Assembly (NCBI GenBank): GCA_028023455.1
Contig: JAQFVV010000007.1
Location: 6,448,001 to 6,512,000, forward strand
Reading direction: 5' to 3'
DNA: 64,000 nt
DNA from: Epiperipatus broadwayi
Taxonomy: Eukaryota > Animalia > Onychophora
Shown piece by piece: positions 12,048-24,960 of this stretch. The translations under genes were made by a program, and so were the position numbers. Position 1 is the stretch's first letter, and each line of letters begins with the position of its first letter. The notes below the pieces were generated by a model. That model did no database searches. It was given only the letters and a program-made list of their open reading frames with translations, and was not told the origin of the DNA.

Positions 12048-13160
12048 TTTTTTTTTTTTATAATTGTTGCATAATACATAGATAATATTATCCCAAACAG
12101 ATTTTTTTAAAATTTAAGTAAGGTCTTTATTAAAAACACACACAATCTATATACATTATATACAAAAAAAAAAGAAAATATTATGTGTTAATTTATTTTT
12201 CCTTTCCTTTTTCCCCTCCTCTTTTCTCACTTTTCTTGCCTTTTTCTTTTCTATCTTTTTCTTCTTCGTTCCCTTTCATCTTTCTCCATTCTTCCCCTTT
12301 CCCTTTTTTGACTTCAGTGTGGAGTAGATTGAAGCCTGTCTATTAAAGTACGAGGTTTGACTATCTCAATGTATATCTGAGCACTTTTAGCATATATGTG
12401 TAGAGATGTAATCTGGGCCAACTGATGATTGCTGGTTTAGCATGAAATACGTGTATTGGTGATTATTTATCTTTTCAACATATATGTGTTCAAGTGTATC
12501 AGTGTTATGAGATAGTGTGGAGAGTGGTGGGTCATGTGAAAGTCTGTGCTCATATACCCTACATATTCCATAAATTATGTAATGTTATTTAGGATTTGAA
12601 AACTCCTTTTAATAAAGACTTATTTCTCCTTAAGATAGATAACCAGTGCTCCATTTGTAATGGCCCATTCCCACTTTATAAACACTAGGATAATGGTAGT
12701 GCTGGTCTTTAATTTAAAGCCTATTCACATATTGCTTTTCTTAAATGCATATTTGAATTTTGAAAATTCAATTCCATATCTCACATACTGTTGGCACAGA
12801 ACTACACCAAATTTTTTCCATATCCTTCTTAGGCAGGTATTTTAGACACTGATTAAAATATTTATCCCAATCCTTATTCAGTTTCCTGATCCAGTTATAC
12901 TTTTTATTATCAAAGATCATTGTACATCTTATTGACCATAATATTTTAAGTGTGTGTATCAATATAATTGCATTATGCAGGTTGAAATTTTTAATATATT
13001 TCATCATTATATTTTTTAAGTTTAAAATTGGAGTATGAAAAATTCGGTTTCTAATTTGCCGAAAGGTCCTGCATTCTTCAAACAAGTGTAAGAAAGTTTC
13101 TTCACTACTTCTATAGAATGTACATGCAGATTCTAAGTTCATATGCACTCTTCTATTCAG
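12048..13160 (-). mobile_element. L1/Tx1-clade LINE 3' end (zf-RVT), interrupted by a hammerhead family B element at ~12325-12560
   Basis: ORF 12768-13148 contains CTFYRSSEETFLHLFEEC and ILWSIRCTMIFDNK. AATAAA near 12130 and an A-run at 12048-12059 on the minus strand. Confidence 0.75.
12418..12459 (+). ncRNA. Minimal type I hammerhead, family B (helix II base mutated)
   Basis: CCAA-CTGATGA-TTGCTGGTTTAGCAT-GAAA-T-ACGT-G-TA-TTGG: both core boxes, palindromic ACGT in helix III, helix I CCAA/TTGG. Confidence 0.75.
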
Positions 13161-13708
13161 ATAAATTGTTGTCAGAAAATAAATATATAATACATTTTCA
13201 AATAAACTACATTGGCATTAAATATAATAGTAATTAAAAAAAACTAAACAAGATGTTACTTCATGGGCATATGGTATTTACCAAAGTTCGTCATATGAGA
13301 TTTACATACAAAACAGCCTTATTTATCCAGACTGTGATTAGTTCTGTTTATCTTTAGTTTTCTTATTTCAAACTGGAAAACATATAAAAAGTTGATTTAT
13401 TTATCCGTATTTTTTCTTATTTTGGCTGATCAGCATCATTATATTTTCTTCTTTCATAATTTATTGGCAGATATAATTTTGGAGAAAGTCTGCGAAGTTG
13501 ATTTAAATTTATGGATAAGTTAAATATGTTTTTTGAAATGATAATAAATGCTATTTCCCTTCAGGTTAGAGCTGGATCTAAGGAGCTGCTTGCTAGAGCA
13601 GAGATGAAAACCTGCTAGGAAAGTCTGGTCACACATACTAAAGCATGGATCCGAAGCATATTTGTCTGATTTGTAATTTTTTAATTTATAATAAAATATC
13701 AATCTTAC

Positions 13709-13819
13709 CAGAAAGTATATCTTGCTGTACTGACCCAGTATAAAATGCTGCAGCAAACAATATGCTCTTTGATGATGACATCCCTTTTACAGTAGATGGT
13801 TTTAGATCCATTCACTCTG
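13709..13819 (-). CDS. Candidate exon (MDLKPSTVKGMSSSKSILFAAAFYTGSVQQDILS from ATG 13811)
   Basis: TTTTTCTAG|CAG (NAGNAG) acceptor and TG|GTAAGA donor; two frames are open. No recognised homology. Confidence 0.3.
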
Positions 13820-14869
13820 CTAGAAAAATATGTTTAACTCAAATCCTTTCTCACGGTTTTTTATAACAACCCACCCATGCCTATAAAAAAAATATTTATT
13901 GAAAAATGTGTTGTTTAATACTTTCCATATAGACACCTCCAAAACTTAGATTATTTCAATCCATCGCTAATACGTGGAGAAAAATAGATAGAAAAATATT
14001 GCTTCTTTATAAATTTGAATTTATTTTGAAAGAAACTATGATTAATTATTAATTTTCATAATTTGATAACTTCTTGTTACTTTTCAATTCCAATTTATTA
14101 ATTTTATAATGAATATTATTTCAAGCTGTTTCATTTCCTTTTATTACAATTATAAGTCGTGGTTATTAACTTATTATTTTTCTTTTTTAATGAAGAGACA
14201 TAAAATATTAAAAAGTGTGTGTACTAATGCATTCTATTGCTACTACAGGGATTCTTTTTTTTTTTTTTTTTTTACAAAGCTTAAATCATTTTTGTTTTTA
14301 TCTCATAGCTAGCTACATGATGTTATATACATGTGAACAGACTTAATCACCAAAAAATTTTCACAGAATTATAGATATAAATCTTGGAAGTTTTTAATGA
14401 GATAATCTGCATATTTTTTTTTTGTGAGTTCACCAAATGTAAACAACAAATCACCAATTAAAAACAAGACTGGGAACCTGAAATATATCAACTAAAGGTA
14501 GCATTTTATTTCTTTGATCTCCTATAAACTAAAAGCGAACTCATTTTAACTTATTCTCTAATTTTTTAAATAAAGAGATAGATTAAACATCTTATACTTT
14601 TATATGTGATATGTTAAAAGTATTACAACTTTTCAAATCTTTTTGACAAATAAACAAATCTTACTTATATAAATAGTGAACATGTTTAATTGTATAGAGG
14701 TCAAAGTTAAAAAAATTGCAGTGGTAATCATGTGTATTTGAGAAATATATTCATAGTATATTAATATGTGCTGAAATGGAGAAAAAATCACAGTTACTAG
14801 TTTATTGTATTTATATAATAAAATAATGATTTCTTATTTTTTGTTACACCTAAAAATTATTAAACTAGA

Positions 14870-14911
14870 CCAACTGATGATTACTGGTTTAGCATGAAAT
14901 ACTTGTATTGG
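14870..14911 (+). ncRNA. Minimal type I hammerhead, family B (degenerate)
   Basis: CCAA-CTGATGA-TTACTGGTTTAGCAT-GAAA-TACTTG-TA-TTGG; the downstream sequence matches 12460-12560. Confidence 0.65.
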
Positions 14912-15269
14912 TGATTATTTATCTTTTCAACATGTATGTGATCAGGTGAGTCAGCAATATGAGATGGTATTGCAAGTAGTAAATCGTGTGAAAGTCTGAG
15001 TTTGAATCCCATATATATTACATATATAAATGCCGGTTTAAGCCTGTACAATGTATTAAACAAAGAAATATAAAAAATACAAATGTAATAAAAAATATGG
15101 CGATGGTAGTTGTGAACATCTATTGTGTGCATCCAAGAGGCACATTATAAAATGTGAAAAAAAAAGCATTGCAAAATTGCCTTTTTTATATTTATGTAAT
15201 CATCTAGATTTTATGGATGATATAGTTGTTTTGCAAATAATGCCTCATGTTTCCAGATGAAAGTAAGGA

Positions 15270-15480
15270 AATAAGACTAAAGATAAACATTAAAATGGAT
15301 TTTCTCAAAAGATGAAAATAAATATTGATAATGATGAGTTAGAAGAAGTTAACAACTACAAATATCTTGATCAGATGATCAGTGCAAATGGAAACATAAT
15401 GGGTTAAATTAATCATAGAGTTGAACTTGAAGTGCTTTTGGTAGAAATAGCTTAATATTAAAAGAAAGTATGCCTATATT
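15270..15480 (+). mobile_element. RTE LINE fragment (post-RT region)
   Basis: GATGAGTTAGAAGAAGTTAACAACTACAAATATCTTG..AATCATAGAG..GCTTTTGGTAGAAAT matches the RTE copy at 22600-22760. Confidence 0.7.
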
Positions 15481-15575
15481 TAGCTGTATTTTTATATTGG
15501 ACTATTTCCATCAACTAATATGTGGGTTGAATGTCTTTAAAAAGTTTAATTTTATTTAAATATTCCAAATACATT

Positions 15576-15662
15576 CAACTGTTAATAATATTACAGCAAA
15601 CAGGTTAGTATATGGACCAACTGTTAGTAATATCACAGCAAACAGGTTAGTATATGCACAAC
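15576..15662 (+). repeat. 42 bp tandem duplication
   Basis: CAACTGTTA(A/G)TAATAT(T/C)ACAGCAAACAGGTTAGTATATG at 15576 and 15618. Confidence 0.9.
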
Positions 15663-15720
15663 ATTTCAAGAGGTGTTTTTCTCCCCTCTCCTTCAGGTGT
15701 TGCTGGTCTGACCAGTGACA

Positions 15721-15807
15721 GTACTAGCATGGGATTCAAACATGAGTCCTTAGATTCTTGATTATTGAATTTTAAGGCAATGCTCTAACCAACTGAGTCA
15801 TCCAGCC
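15721..15807 (-). mobile_element. tRNA-derived SINE head
   Basis: Minus strand GGCTGGATGACTCAGTTGGTTAGAGCA (A box) ... GTTTGAATCCC (B-box-like). Confidence 0.6.
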
Positions 15808-15899
15808 AAAGGCAAAAATATGTAGTAATTTCACATACTTATCTATGAGGTTTCCTGATTTCTCCACTTTTTCCTAAGAGCAAAGTTGATTAGTGGTTT

Positions 15900-18400
15900 C
15901 TATACATTATGTATAGTCACACAAGGTTGGCTTATGGGATTTTTTGCCATTGTCATGTGAGCAGCTTCTTTAAATTTTTTTTTGTACCTTTTCTTCTCTA
16001 TCCAATATTTTTGTATTTTCCCAATTGAACGTATGTTCATTGGTACATACATGGTCTGCTACCTTAGACACATTTGTTTTCTCTCTTCTAATCATCAGTT
16101 TATGTTCTTGCAAGCACTTTTCAATAGGATGCCTGGTCTTATCAATATATGTTCTTCCACATTCACATGGTATACAGTTTTTTCTTTTCAGCATTTCAAG
16201 TTTAGGCTTTGTAGATGTTAGAATTTCTCGTAGTGTGATATGGCTCTGGAAAGCTGTTCTGATGTTATACTAATTGCAGATTTTCCTTAATTTGTCTGCT
16301 ATTTTTGAAATGTATGGGTACACTACAGTACTAATAATTGTCTTTTCTCTTGATGGTTCTTTTTGTTGTCTATTTAATGTTTTCTTAATAACAATTGATA
16401 AATAACCATTTTTCATAAGAGTTTGTTCTATGTAGATCTTTTCTTTTTCCAAATTGCCAGTTTCTGAACAAACTTATTTTGCTCTGTTCCACAGATATAG
16501 TATAACTACATGTTTTGTGTTTTTGGTGTGATTGGATGTATAATCTAGGTATTTTCCTGTATGTGTAGATTTTTGGTAAACTGTAGTTTTGATTTTGCCA
16601 AATCATAATGTACCAAGAAATGTAACAGCTTCATCTGTTAAAAATCTAAGTTCTAAACATCTAACAGATACTGAAATTTCTGTTCTTAAAAGAAAATTAA
16701 ACTTTGCTATAACACCATCTAATATCCCCTTATTAGATATAATGGCAGCCACTGAGGAAGTCACTCAAAAATTTCCTTTAGAAGAAGAAGCAGAATTATG
16801 CTGGAGAATAAAAAGAACATTTGACAAGCAACAAAAATTGAAGTCAAACATATCCTATGGGGAGAGAAAAGCAATTAAATCTCTCAAAGCAGATATATCT
16901 ATAATTATTCTCCCTGATGACAAAGGCAATGTAACAGGTGTAATGGATACAACTGATTATGACAACAAAATACAAGAACTCCTCACAGTAGGTCAATATA
17001 GAAAAGTGGCAAAAGATCCAATACCAAGCATGGAAATAAAGTTACAAGCATTACTCAGGAAGCATTGCAAGTACTTCACTGATTCAGAAAAGAGTAAAAT
17101 AACATCATATTTCAGAAAAAATTCTTATTTTTATGGTCTACCTAAAATCCATAAGGATCATGTTCCATTAAGACCTATTGTTAGTTCTAGAGATTCACCT
17201 TGCCAGAATTTGGCAAGATTTCTTCTCAAAGTTCTAAGTCCTTTGGCATACAAGACCCAGTCTTTTGTCAGGGATTCTAGACACTGTAGAATTAATCAAG
17301 AACATAAAAATTGAAAGAACTGACTTACTGGTAAGCTTTGATGTGGAAAGTTTATTCATGAATCTAACATGTGAAAAAGCATTGTCTATTGTAAGGAAAA
17401 GATTAAATGATGATAATAGTTTACAAATCAGAACAGCTCTTCCTATTGATATCATAATGGAACTATTAACATTCTGTATAAAAACAATCTCATTTCAGTA
17501 TCAAGGAATGGCTATGGGCTCACCATTGTCTCCCCTGATTAGCAATATTTACATGGAAGAACTTGAAACAACAGCCATAAAAATTACTCCATATCCACCT
17601 AAGGTTTGGCTTCATTATGTGGATGATACATTTGTTATATGGCACATGGTGAAGCATTGCTACAAACTTTCTGGACACACATCAACAACATATCCCCTAC
17701 AATTAAATTCCCAACAGAATCAGAACAAGAACAAAAATTGGCATTCTTAGGTGTTCTTGTGACAAGACTCTCTCATGACAAAATCAAAACTACAGTTGAC
17801 TGAAAACCTACACATACAGGAAAATACCTAGTCTATACATCCAATCACACCAGAAACACAAAACATGGAGTTATACTATCACTGTGGAACAGAGAAAAAG
17901 AAGTTTGTTCAGAAACTGGCGATTTGGAAAAAGAAAAGATCTATATAGATCAAACTCTTATGAAAAATGGTTATTTATCAGCTGTTATTAAAAAAATGTT
18001 AAATAGACAACAAAAAGAACCATCAAGAGGAAAGACAATTATTGGTATTGTAGTGTACCCATACATTCCAAAAATAGCAGACAAATTAAGGAAAATCTGC
18101 AATCAGTATAACATCAGAACAGCTTTCCAAAGCCATAGAATTCTAACATCTACAAAGCCTAAACTTGAAATGCTAAAAAGAAAAACTGCATCTATGAAAT
18201 ACTATGTGAATGTGGGAGAACATTTATTGGTGAGACCAGCTGTCCCATTGAAAAGTGCTTTCAAGAACATAAACTGATGATTAGAAGAGAAAAAACAGAT
18301 GTGTCTAAGGTAGCAGACCATGTACGTACCAATAAACATACGTTCGATTGGAAAAATATAAGACAATGGCAAAAAATCACATAAGCCAATCTAGTGTGAT
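15900..18400 (+). mobile_element. Penelope-like retroelement (RT plus GIY-YIG) with an inverted copy of its 3' end at the 5' side
   Basis: Plus frames 16589-18350 give LNFAITP, DKGNVTGVMD, FYGLPKIHKDHVPLRPIVS, LVSFDVESLF, GMAMGSPLSP, YVDDTF, KPTHTGKYL and CIYEILCECGRTFIGET. 15900-16585 is an inverted copy of 17790-18400. Frameshifts and stops are present. Confidence 0.92.
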
Positions 18401-20625
18401 TTTACATAAACCAATTTGGTGTTTTCAGCCCTTGATAAAAATATCTGCCCTCGTGCTCCTAAGTAGTAAGATAAAACAACTTTTAAATAGTGATCATAGG
18501 TCAAAATCTTCTTTCCCTCAAAGAGATACAGTAAAGGAGAAAGTATCACAGAATTTTTCATTGTTGGATAGGATTAGGGTTCAAATCCAGATTGTAGACA
18601 GATAATAAATATATTATTGTACCATGAGACACTCTGCATTCTGAGAGTTTCCATAATCAAAAGCCTTTCAGTGTTAGATGTATGATCTCAACTACCACAT
18701 TTATTTTATACTCCTATAGGATTAAAGCCTTTTTTTGTATTATCTTTACAAAAACCTTGCCAGTTATATAAAATTAAAGCAAACATTTCACAGCTCACTT
18801 AATATTTAGGAATTTCCAGGAAAAATGATTATTCCTGTTTTCTGTGCTGTATATAGTGAATCTATTTTTCTAACCATAAATGATTATCTGTTCTTTGTCA
18901 ATTAAGTGAAGTGAGCTTTGAGGTCACAAGTAGAATATAAAGAAACACTTTTTTTTATCTCTTAATTCCTTTCTATACTTATTAAGACAAAGTTGTAATG
19001 ATTAATATCACTCCTGATCTATAATAAGATATATGTCTAGTATTATTTTATTTTTCTTTTATCCTTTGTAGCATTCAGATGGGATGTCTTTATTGGAAAT
19101 TATATTAAAATAATTCAATACAAAAATAAAAGTCTTTCTTTATTCTGTAAAGCATATCACCTATTTATTATTTGAATTCACTCACTGTTTTCACTTCTTG
19201 ATTTCTTAATGCTTGCATGATCTCTTCTTTTACTTATTTCTGTATTAAATTCATATTTTCTTCATTTTTTTAAAAGTGAATACTTAAAATTATTATTTTT
19301 TAATCTCCTTTTTCTTCTTCATCTCTTTATGTAATCTTTTCAATAGATCTACTTTGTATTAATATTTCATAATTTTCTCATTCCCTTCATTTTTTTGTGT
19401 TTAATTTCATTGTTTCTTCATTCAATTCCTAGACATTAACTTTATTTTCTAAGTGTATTTTTCTTTCATTTCATTTATGTTATATGCGAAGGTACATCAA
19501 ATCATTGCTTTAAGATAGGTTGAATACCCTACCCTAGGCTACAGAATGTAGTTTGATATCCTACTGATACCATTTATTTCATCAACTGAATTTTAGAATT
19601 TAATATTATTTTTTTTATAAAGTGAATTTCTAAAATTCTCTATTGCCTTTTTAAAAAAAAAACAACAACAAACGAACAAGTATTTATCAGCTATTTAGGT
19701 ACAATTCCATGATTCATTTCCCACTATTTTGTAATTATTTATATCCACATATGATTATTAGCTTTGTTCATACTTAGCTCGGTTTTGGATTTATATAAAT
19801 TGTTTTCTACGTCTTCTAACATAAAAAATGATCTCTCATGTGTATTTCATTAAAAAGTATATCCTTTGTTTTAAAATTAACAATAAATATATATGCCACA
19901 GTATATTTTTTGTCCGCGTAAATTCGTCGTTGTATTAATATAATAAACTGACTATTTTTAATCTTAATTTTTTTACATAACAAATTATAAATAGCTTCAT
20001 CGTTTTTTTAAATATTGACTATTTTATGAATATTAATTTTTATTTTATAAACTGTAAGTATCTTCACTTTCATATTTTTAATATTAATCGCCTCTATATG
20101 CTCATTACTATTTTATAATACATTACATTAAATATTGTGAATCTTTTATTAAACGCCTTCACACACACCATCCCTGTATTTATTTCCATTATCTAAAAAA
20201 CCGAATAAAAGTATGATTAGTTCTACCATCTAGCGGCTAATATTTCAACAAACATTTGAAATTTATTTATTTTTTGACATCATTGATATAATGTTAACTT
20301 CAATAAATATATATAAAACAGAAATAAAAATTCATCTATATATTATTATTCTATATTTTTAAAAGAATGCTTTTAACTTAATTAATTTTGCAGTTTGCAA
20401 TTATATCTATTGTATTATTTATTGATTGTATTTTGAAAGTAATGTAAATAATTTTATTATTAGTTTTAATGTATTTTTTTTAAAGCAGTTTCTCTCTTGA
20501 TAATAACGGGAAATCTTGAATTGACTATTTTAATTATTATTGATTACAGATGCCATTTTAAAATTTTGGATTATTTCAGTATCTTATGCCTAGATCTGTG
20601 CTTTAATAAATCTCTGTCATTATAC

Positions 20626-20900
20626 CAGGGGTGGGCAATTGTTTTGACTCAGGGGCTATTTTGTGGAAGCAGAGGGGCTACACCTTTTTTTCATGGCACA
20701 AAAAAATATTTGTTTGTCCATTCTTCATTAAACACACAACATTCATCACCGTTTTTCGGAGGGTTCATCATTTCACTAAAATTGGAAATTTTATATATTT
20801 ACTGTTGCAAAGACAAAATTGAAATTGACCAAATCAATCAGAAAAGCACTGCGCATAGTATCTACACTGGGCATGCGTATTGACATGGCCATCCTAGTGG
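20626..20900 (+). mobile_element. hAT-type terminus (CAGGGGTGGGCAA); partner end not found
   Basis: The terminus begins at 20626 followed by GC-richer sequence. CAGGGGT termini are typical of hAT/Charlie-like elements. Confidence 0.4.
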
Positions 20901-22104
20901 AAAATACGAGATGAATCTTCGGACATGCACAGGAAGAAAATCTCGGTTCAAAGAAGATTTATCTGACTGTCTTGGTAGCAACAAAAAATTGGGCCGCTAT
21001 TTTCCCATTCCCTCATTATACTATTGGTTCAATCAAACTTTATTTTCTCATACAGGGACATTTCTTTTCCCCAGCATTACCAGGTCCACTGCTTATTATG
21101 AAACTATTTCATCATAGTTTCCATCATTTTCTCTTTGACAAAGAACTTATTATATTTCTATCATATAAATGTATTTGGTTTCATTAACAACTGCAAACGA
21201 GGATGACCATCATTTCAAAAATAGAAGATAGAAAGACAAAACAATAAAATAATTACAACAACAATGATAATAAACTAGAATTGAACTTTGTGATGATTAC
21301 ACAAACCAAATTATGAAACACAAATATATCCATATATAAAATTACTTGCCATTTATTCTGTTTGATTGACATTTTATAATGCTATTGTTTAACTTCTGCA
21401 ACCAAACATTTCTGTTTGAAATAGTTTAACGTTGTATTTAACTGTAACTTACCAGTATATTTTATCCTGCTGCCATAACTTCTCAATAAAAACAATGAAT
21501 GTTGTACTTTTTAGAATGTTTTCGAGAGAATCTTTATAATGTAAATGGAGCCTGCTTCTTCCACGAACAATAAAAATTATATTTTACATATTCAGTTTAA
21601 GATAAATGTGATTGTAAATAGTGAACTTCATAGTATTACAGAATTGAATATATAATATTATGTATAGGTATAGCTATGTCATACTTTGAGATTATTTCTC
21701 TATGACTGGTTTATTATGTAAATGATATACTCTCAACCAAAGCATTTGACTTTGGGTAGTCTTATGTTATGTATTCCATTTTTTGAATAAGTATTATTGA
21801 GAGAAAATCTTCTACATGTCGATTATTAACATAAAGCAATTAAAATTATCTTTAAAAAAAAAAAGGGAAGACTGATTTAAATTCATACATTTTGACCAAA
21901 ATGTTTAATACAAACTCTTTTATAAGAAAATGAGGTTTAGAAAAAAGATGGTTTGGTCTTCTCTCTATAAAAGAAAAAAAAAGTCTTATGCTTTACTTTG
22001 AGAATATTTTCTTTATTCAATGAACCAATCATATGAAAAATGATTTTTAAGTATAACATATTATTAAAACACTCAATGTATCTTAAATTTAGGTATATAT
22101 ATAT

Positions 22105-22790
22105 ATCATCATCATCATCATCAAATATATATCATCATCATCATCATCAACCATTATCAATCCACTGCAGGATGAAGGTCTCTCCAAGTTTAATCCATCT
22201 TCTCCGATCTTTAGCTTCTCTTCTCCACAACATCCCTGCACATTTTCTTATTTCATCCATCCATCTCACATGTGGCCTCTTTCTGGGTCTTTTACAATCT
22301 CTTGGAATCCAGTTTAAAATTTCAATTGTCCATCTATTATCATCTCTTCTAGCAATATGTCCAGCCCAACTTCATTTCAATCTTTTAATTTTTTCAATAA
22401 GGTCAGTAACACCTGTTTGTTGTCTTACCCATACATTGCGTTTTCGATCTCTTCTTGTTACTCCCAACATACATCTCTCCATACTCCTTTGAGTGATCTG
22501 AAGTCTCTGTATTGCTCTTCTATTAAGTTTTCAAGTCTCAGATCCATAAGTAAGAACTGGTAAAACACATTTGTTAAAAACCATTCTTTTCAAACACATA
22601 GGCATATTTCCTTTTAGTATCAAGTTATTTCTACCAAAAGCACTCCAACCAAGTTTAATTCTATGATTAATTTCCTTCATTATGTTTCCATCTGTATTAA
22701 TAGTCTGACCAAGGTATTTGTAACTATTAACTTCTTCTAATTCTTCATAATCAATCTTTATTTTCATATTTTGAACAAATCGATTAAACA
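22105..22790 (-). mobile_element. RTE-clade LINE, 5'-truncated, with (TGA)n tail
   Basis: EEVNSYKYLGQ..EINHRIKLGWSAF..VFNKCVLPVLTYGSET, then the typical RTE C-terminus ending LQWIDNG plus a TGA-repeat tail. Confidence 0.92.
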
Positions 22791-23049
22791 TTACTTATCA
22801 TTTATACATACATTCATTCTACTTTATCAAGCAACTGAGAAGAAAGACCATGGTGTTTCTTGATCTTAAACTCAGAGGTAAAAAGCCCATCCATGTTTGT
22901 ATATTATGTGAATAATTACATAGTGATAACAGCTGCAATGACAAGAATGTATGGAGTGTACATTAGGAATTTGCTCTGCTAGGTTACTTTAAGGTTTCCA
23001 AGAGGAATCAAAGGGTCTCCTTTCGATTACTAGCAAACCCCTTTCTGCA

Positions 23050-23240
23050 GATGATTGAAATCTTAAACTGGATTCCAAGAGATTGTAAAAGACCCAGAAA
23101 GAGACCACATGTGAGATGGATGGATGAAATAAAACAGTGTGCAGGGATGATGTGGAGAAGAGAAGCTAAAGATTGGAGAAGATGGATTGAACTTGGAGAG
23201 AACTTTATCCTGCAATGGATTGACAATGTTTGATGATGGT
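23050..23240 (+). mobile_element. RTE 3' fragment
   Basis: ILNWIPRDCKRPRKRPHVRWMDEIKQCAGMMWRREAKDWRRW..LQWIDNV, followed by TGATGATG. Confidence 0.9.
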
Positions 23241-24086
23241 GATATATATGCTAAAATAACATTAATTTGAATTACTTACTATTTAAAACTTTTCTCTTGG
23301 CCAACATTTCAAAAATTTTTAAATAAATAAATAAATTTGTACACATATTTACAAAAAAACATTTTTTTATGATGAAAGAAGCATACCCATAAATATTTAT
23401 AAATTAATAAGCTTAATTAGTATAATCTACCTGTTTGTTTTTTTTATCTATGGAGGCAAGCATAGTATGATTCATTCTTGAAATTTGAAAAATTCTTAAG
23501 TTATAAACTAAAGAATTTGAATTAGTCATGTTTCACCTGTATGTATGACATGTATAATTATTGAACAGCTGACTAATTGCTTCTCCAAACAGCATCCATG
23601 AATCAATGCATATATTATGTGACATGGTTTAGCTATTTGCCACATCAATTTTAAAATACTAATATGTTTGGATCATGAATTATGACATAAAATGTGTACC
23701 TTCATGGATAGTCTTCAATGCTGTTATCTAACATCACAAAATCTTGCAACTGTCTTTAAAACATTATTACAACTCGTGTCTTTACCTCCTATACTCAATT
23801 TAAATTATTTTAAATGTTTCAATAGAAGTCTTGCTGATTTTAAAGCAAAAGTTAATGTTATGATGTTCCATCCTGAGTTAAAGTATAAAACACACCAACA
23901 CATTTCATGTCATAACTTGTGATCAAGGCAAACTATCCTTAAAATTGTTGTGGTGAAAAGCTAAACTGTGATGCTATATGATATATGCATTAATTCAGAA
24001 ATGGTACCACAAGCAGCACCAGGTACCAAACACCTTTTCACTGGGACAGACCAATTAAATCTCAAAAACACAAATCAATAAAATAT

Positions 24087-24360
24087 ATTACTTTTTTTTT
24101 TTTTATAAATCTCATATTCACATTAATGCAATTTTCATATAATTCCACCTTTATTTTTCTAACAGTTTTGACTGTTCTGCAGTCTTCATCAGAGTTACAA
24201 CATTTAAAATGTAATATATATATATATATATATATTACATGTTTTAAATGTTGTAGCTCTGATGAAGACTGCAGGGCAGTCAAAACTATTAAAAAAATAA
24301 AAGAGGAATTATATCAAAATTGCATTAAAGTGTATATGAGATTTATAAAAAAGTGATATG
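24087..24360. repeat. Palindromic element centred on (TA)n carrying two head-to-head hammerhead-like cores (family C)
   Basis: Arms ~24087-24215 and 24230-24360. Plus strand 24259: CTGATGA-A-GACTGC-AGG-GCAGTC-AAAAC, mirrored at 24158-24196. Both copies have AAAAC in place of GAAAC. Confidence 0.8.
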
Positions 24361-24679
24361 AATATATGAAGAATAATGAAAAAAAAAGTACAGAAGATAT
24401 AAGAATAAATCAATAAAATAATGAATGCTTCAGCTGTAGAAATAAAAAAGCAACAACAATCATTTAAGAGTTAACAATAATTATTCATTTGCAAAAATGT
24501 TCTATAATTAGTATCAGATGTCTAAAGTTGTTATTAATATTTACAGTATTTCTCAAATGCACTTGATAACTTTGTTAATATCATGCTAAAGGAGTAAATG
24601 ATTTTTACTACTTGCATAAGAGTATGCTTGTGTTTATCATTTTGAGTTTTTGTTAAGCATTAAGTCTTATTATCTTGAA

Positions 24680-24960
24680 TCATTTATCATTATTTCAGTA
24701 TCATTATTATCATCATTTTCAACTATTATCAATCTACTGCAAGATGAAGGTCTCTCCAAATTCAATCTATCTTCTTCTATCTCTAGCCTCACTTCTCCAC
24801 ATCCTCCCAGCACATTTCTTTATTTTATCCAACCATATTACATATGGTCACTTTCTAGATCTTTTAAAATCTCTTGGAATCCATTTTAACTGTCCACTTC
24901 TTATCATTTCTTCTAGCAATATGTCCAGCCCAACTTCACTCAATCTCTTAATTATCATCC
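24680..24960 (-). mobile_element. RTE 3' fragment (diverged)
   Basis: CTGCAAGATGAAGGTCTCTCCAA..CTTGGAATCCA..AGCAATATGTCCAGCCCAACTTCA, homologous to 22150-22380. Confidence 0.85.

Noticed and set aside
13760-13800. Plus-strand LFDDDIPF, like the bacterial SSB C-terminal motif
   Set aside because: Not at a C-terminus, no SSB domain and a eukaryotic context; treated as chance.
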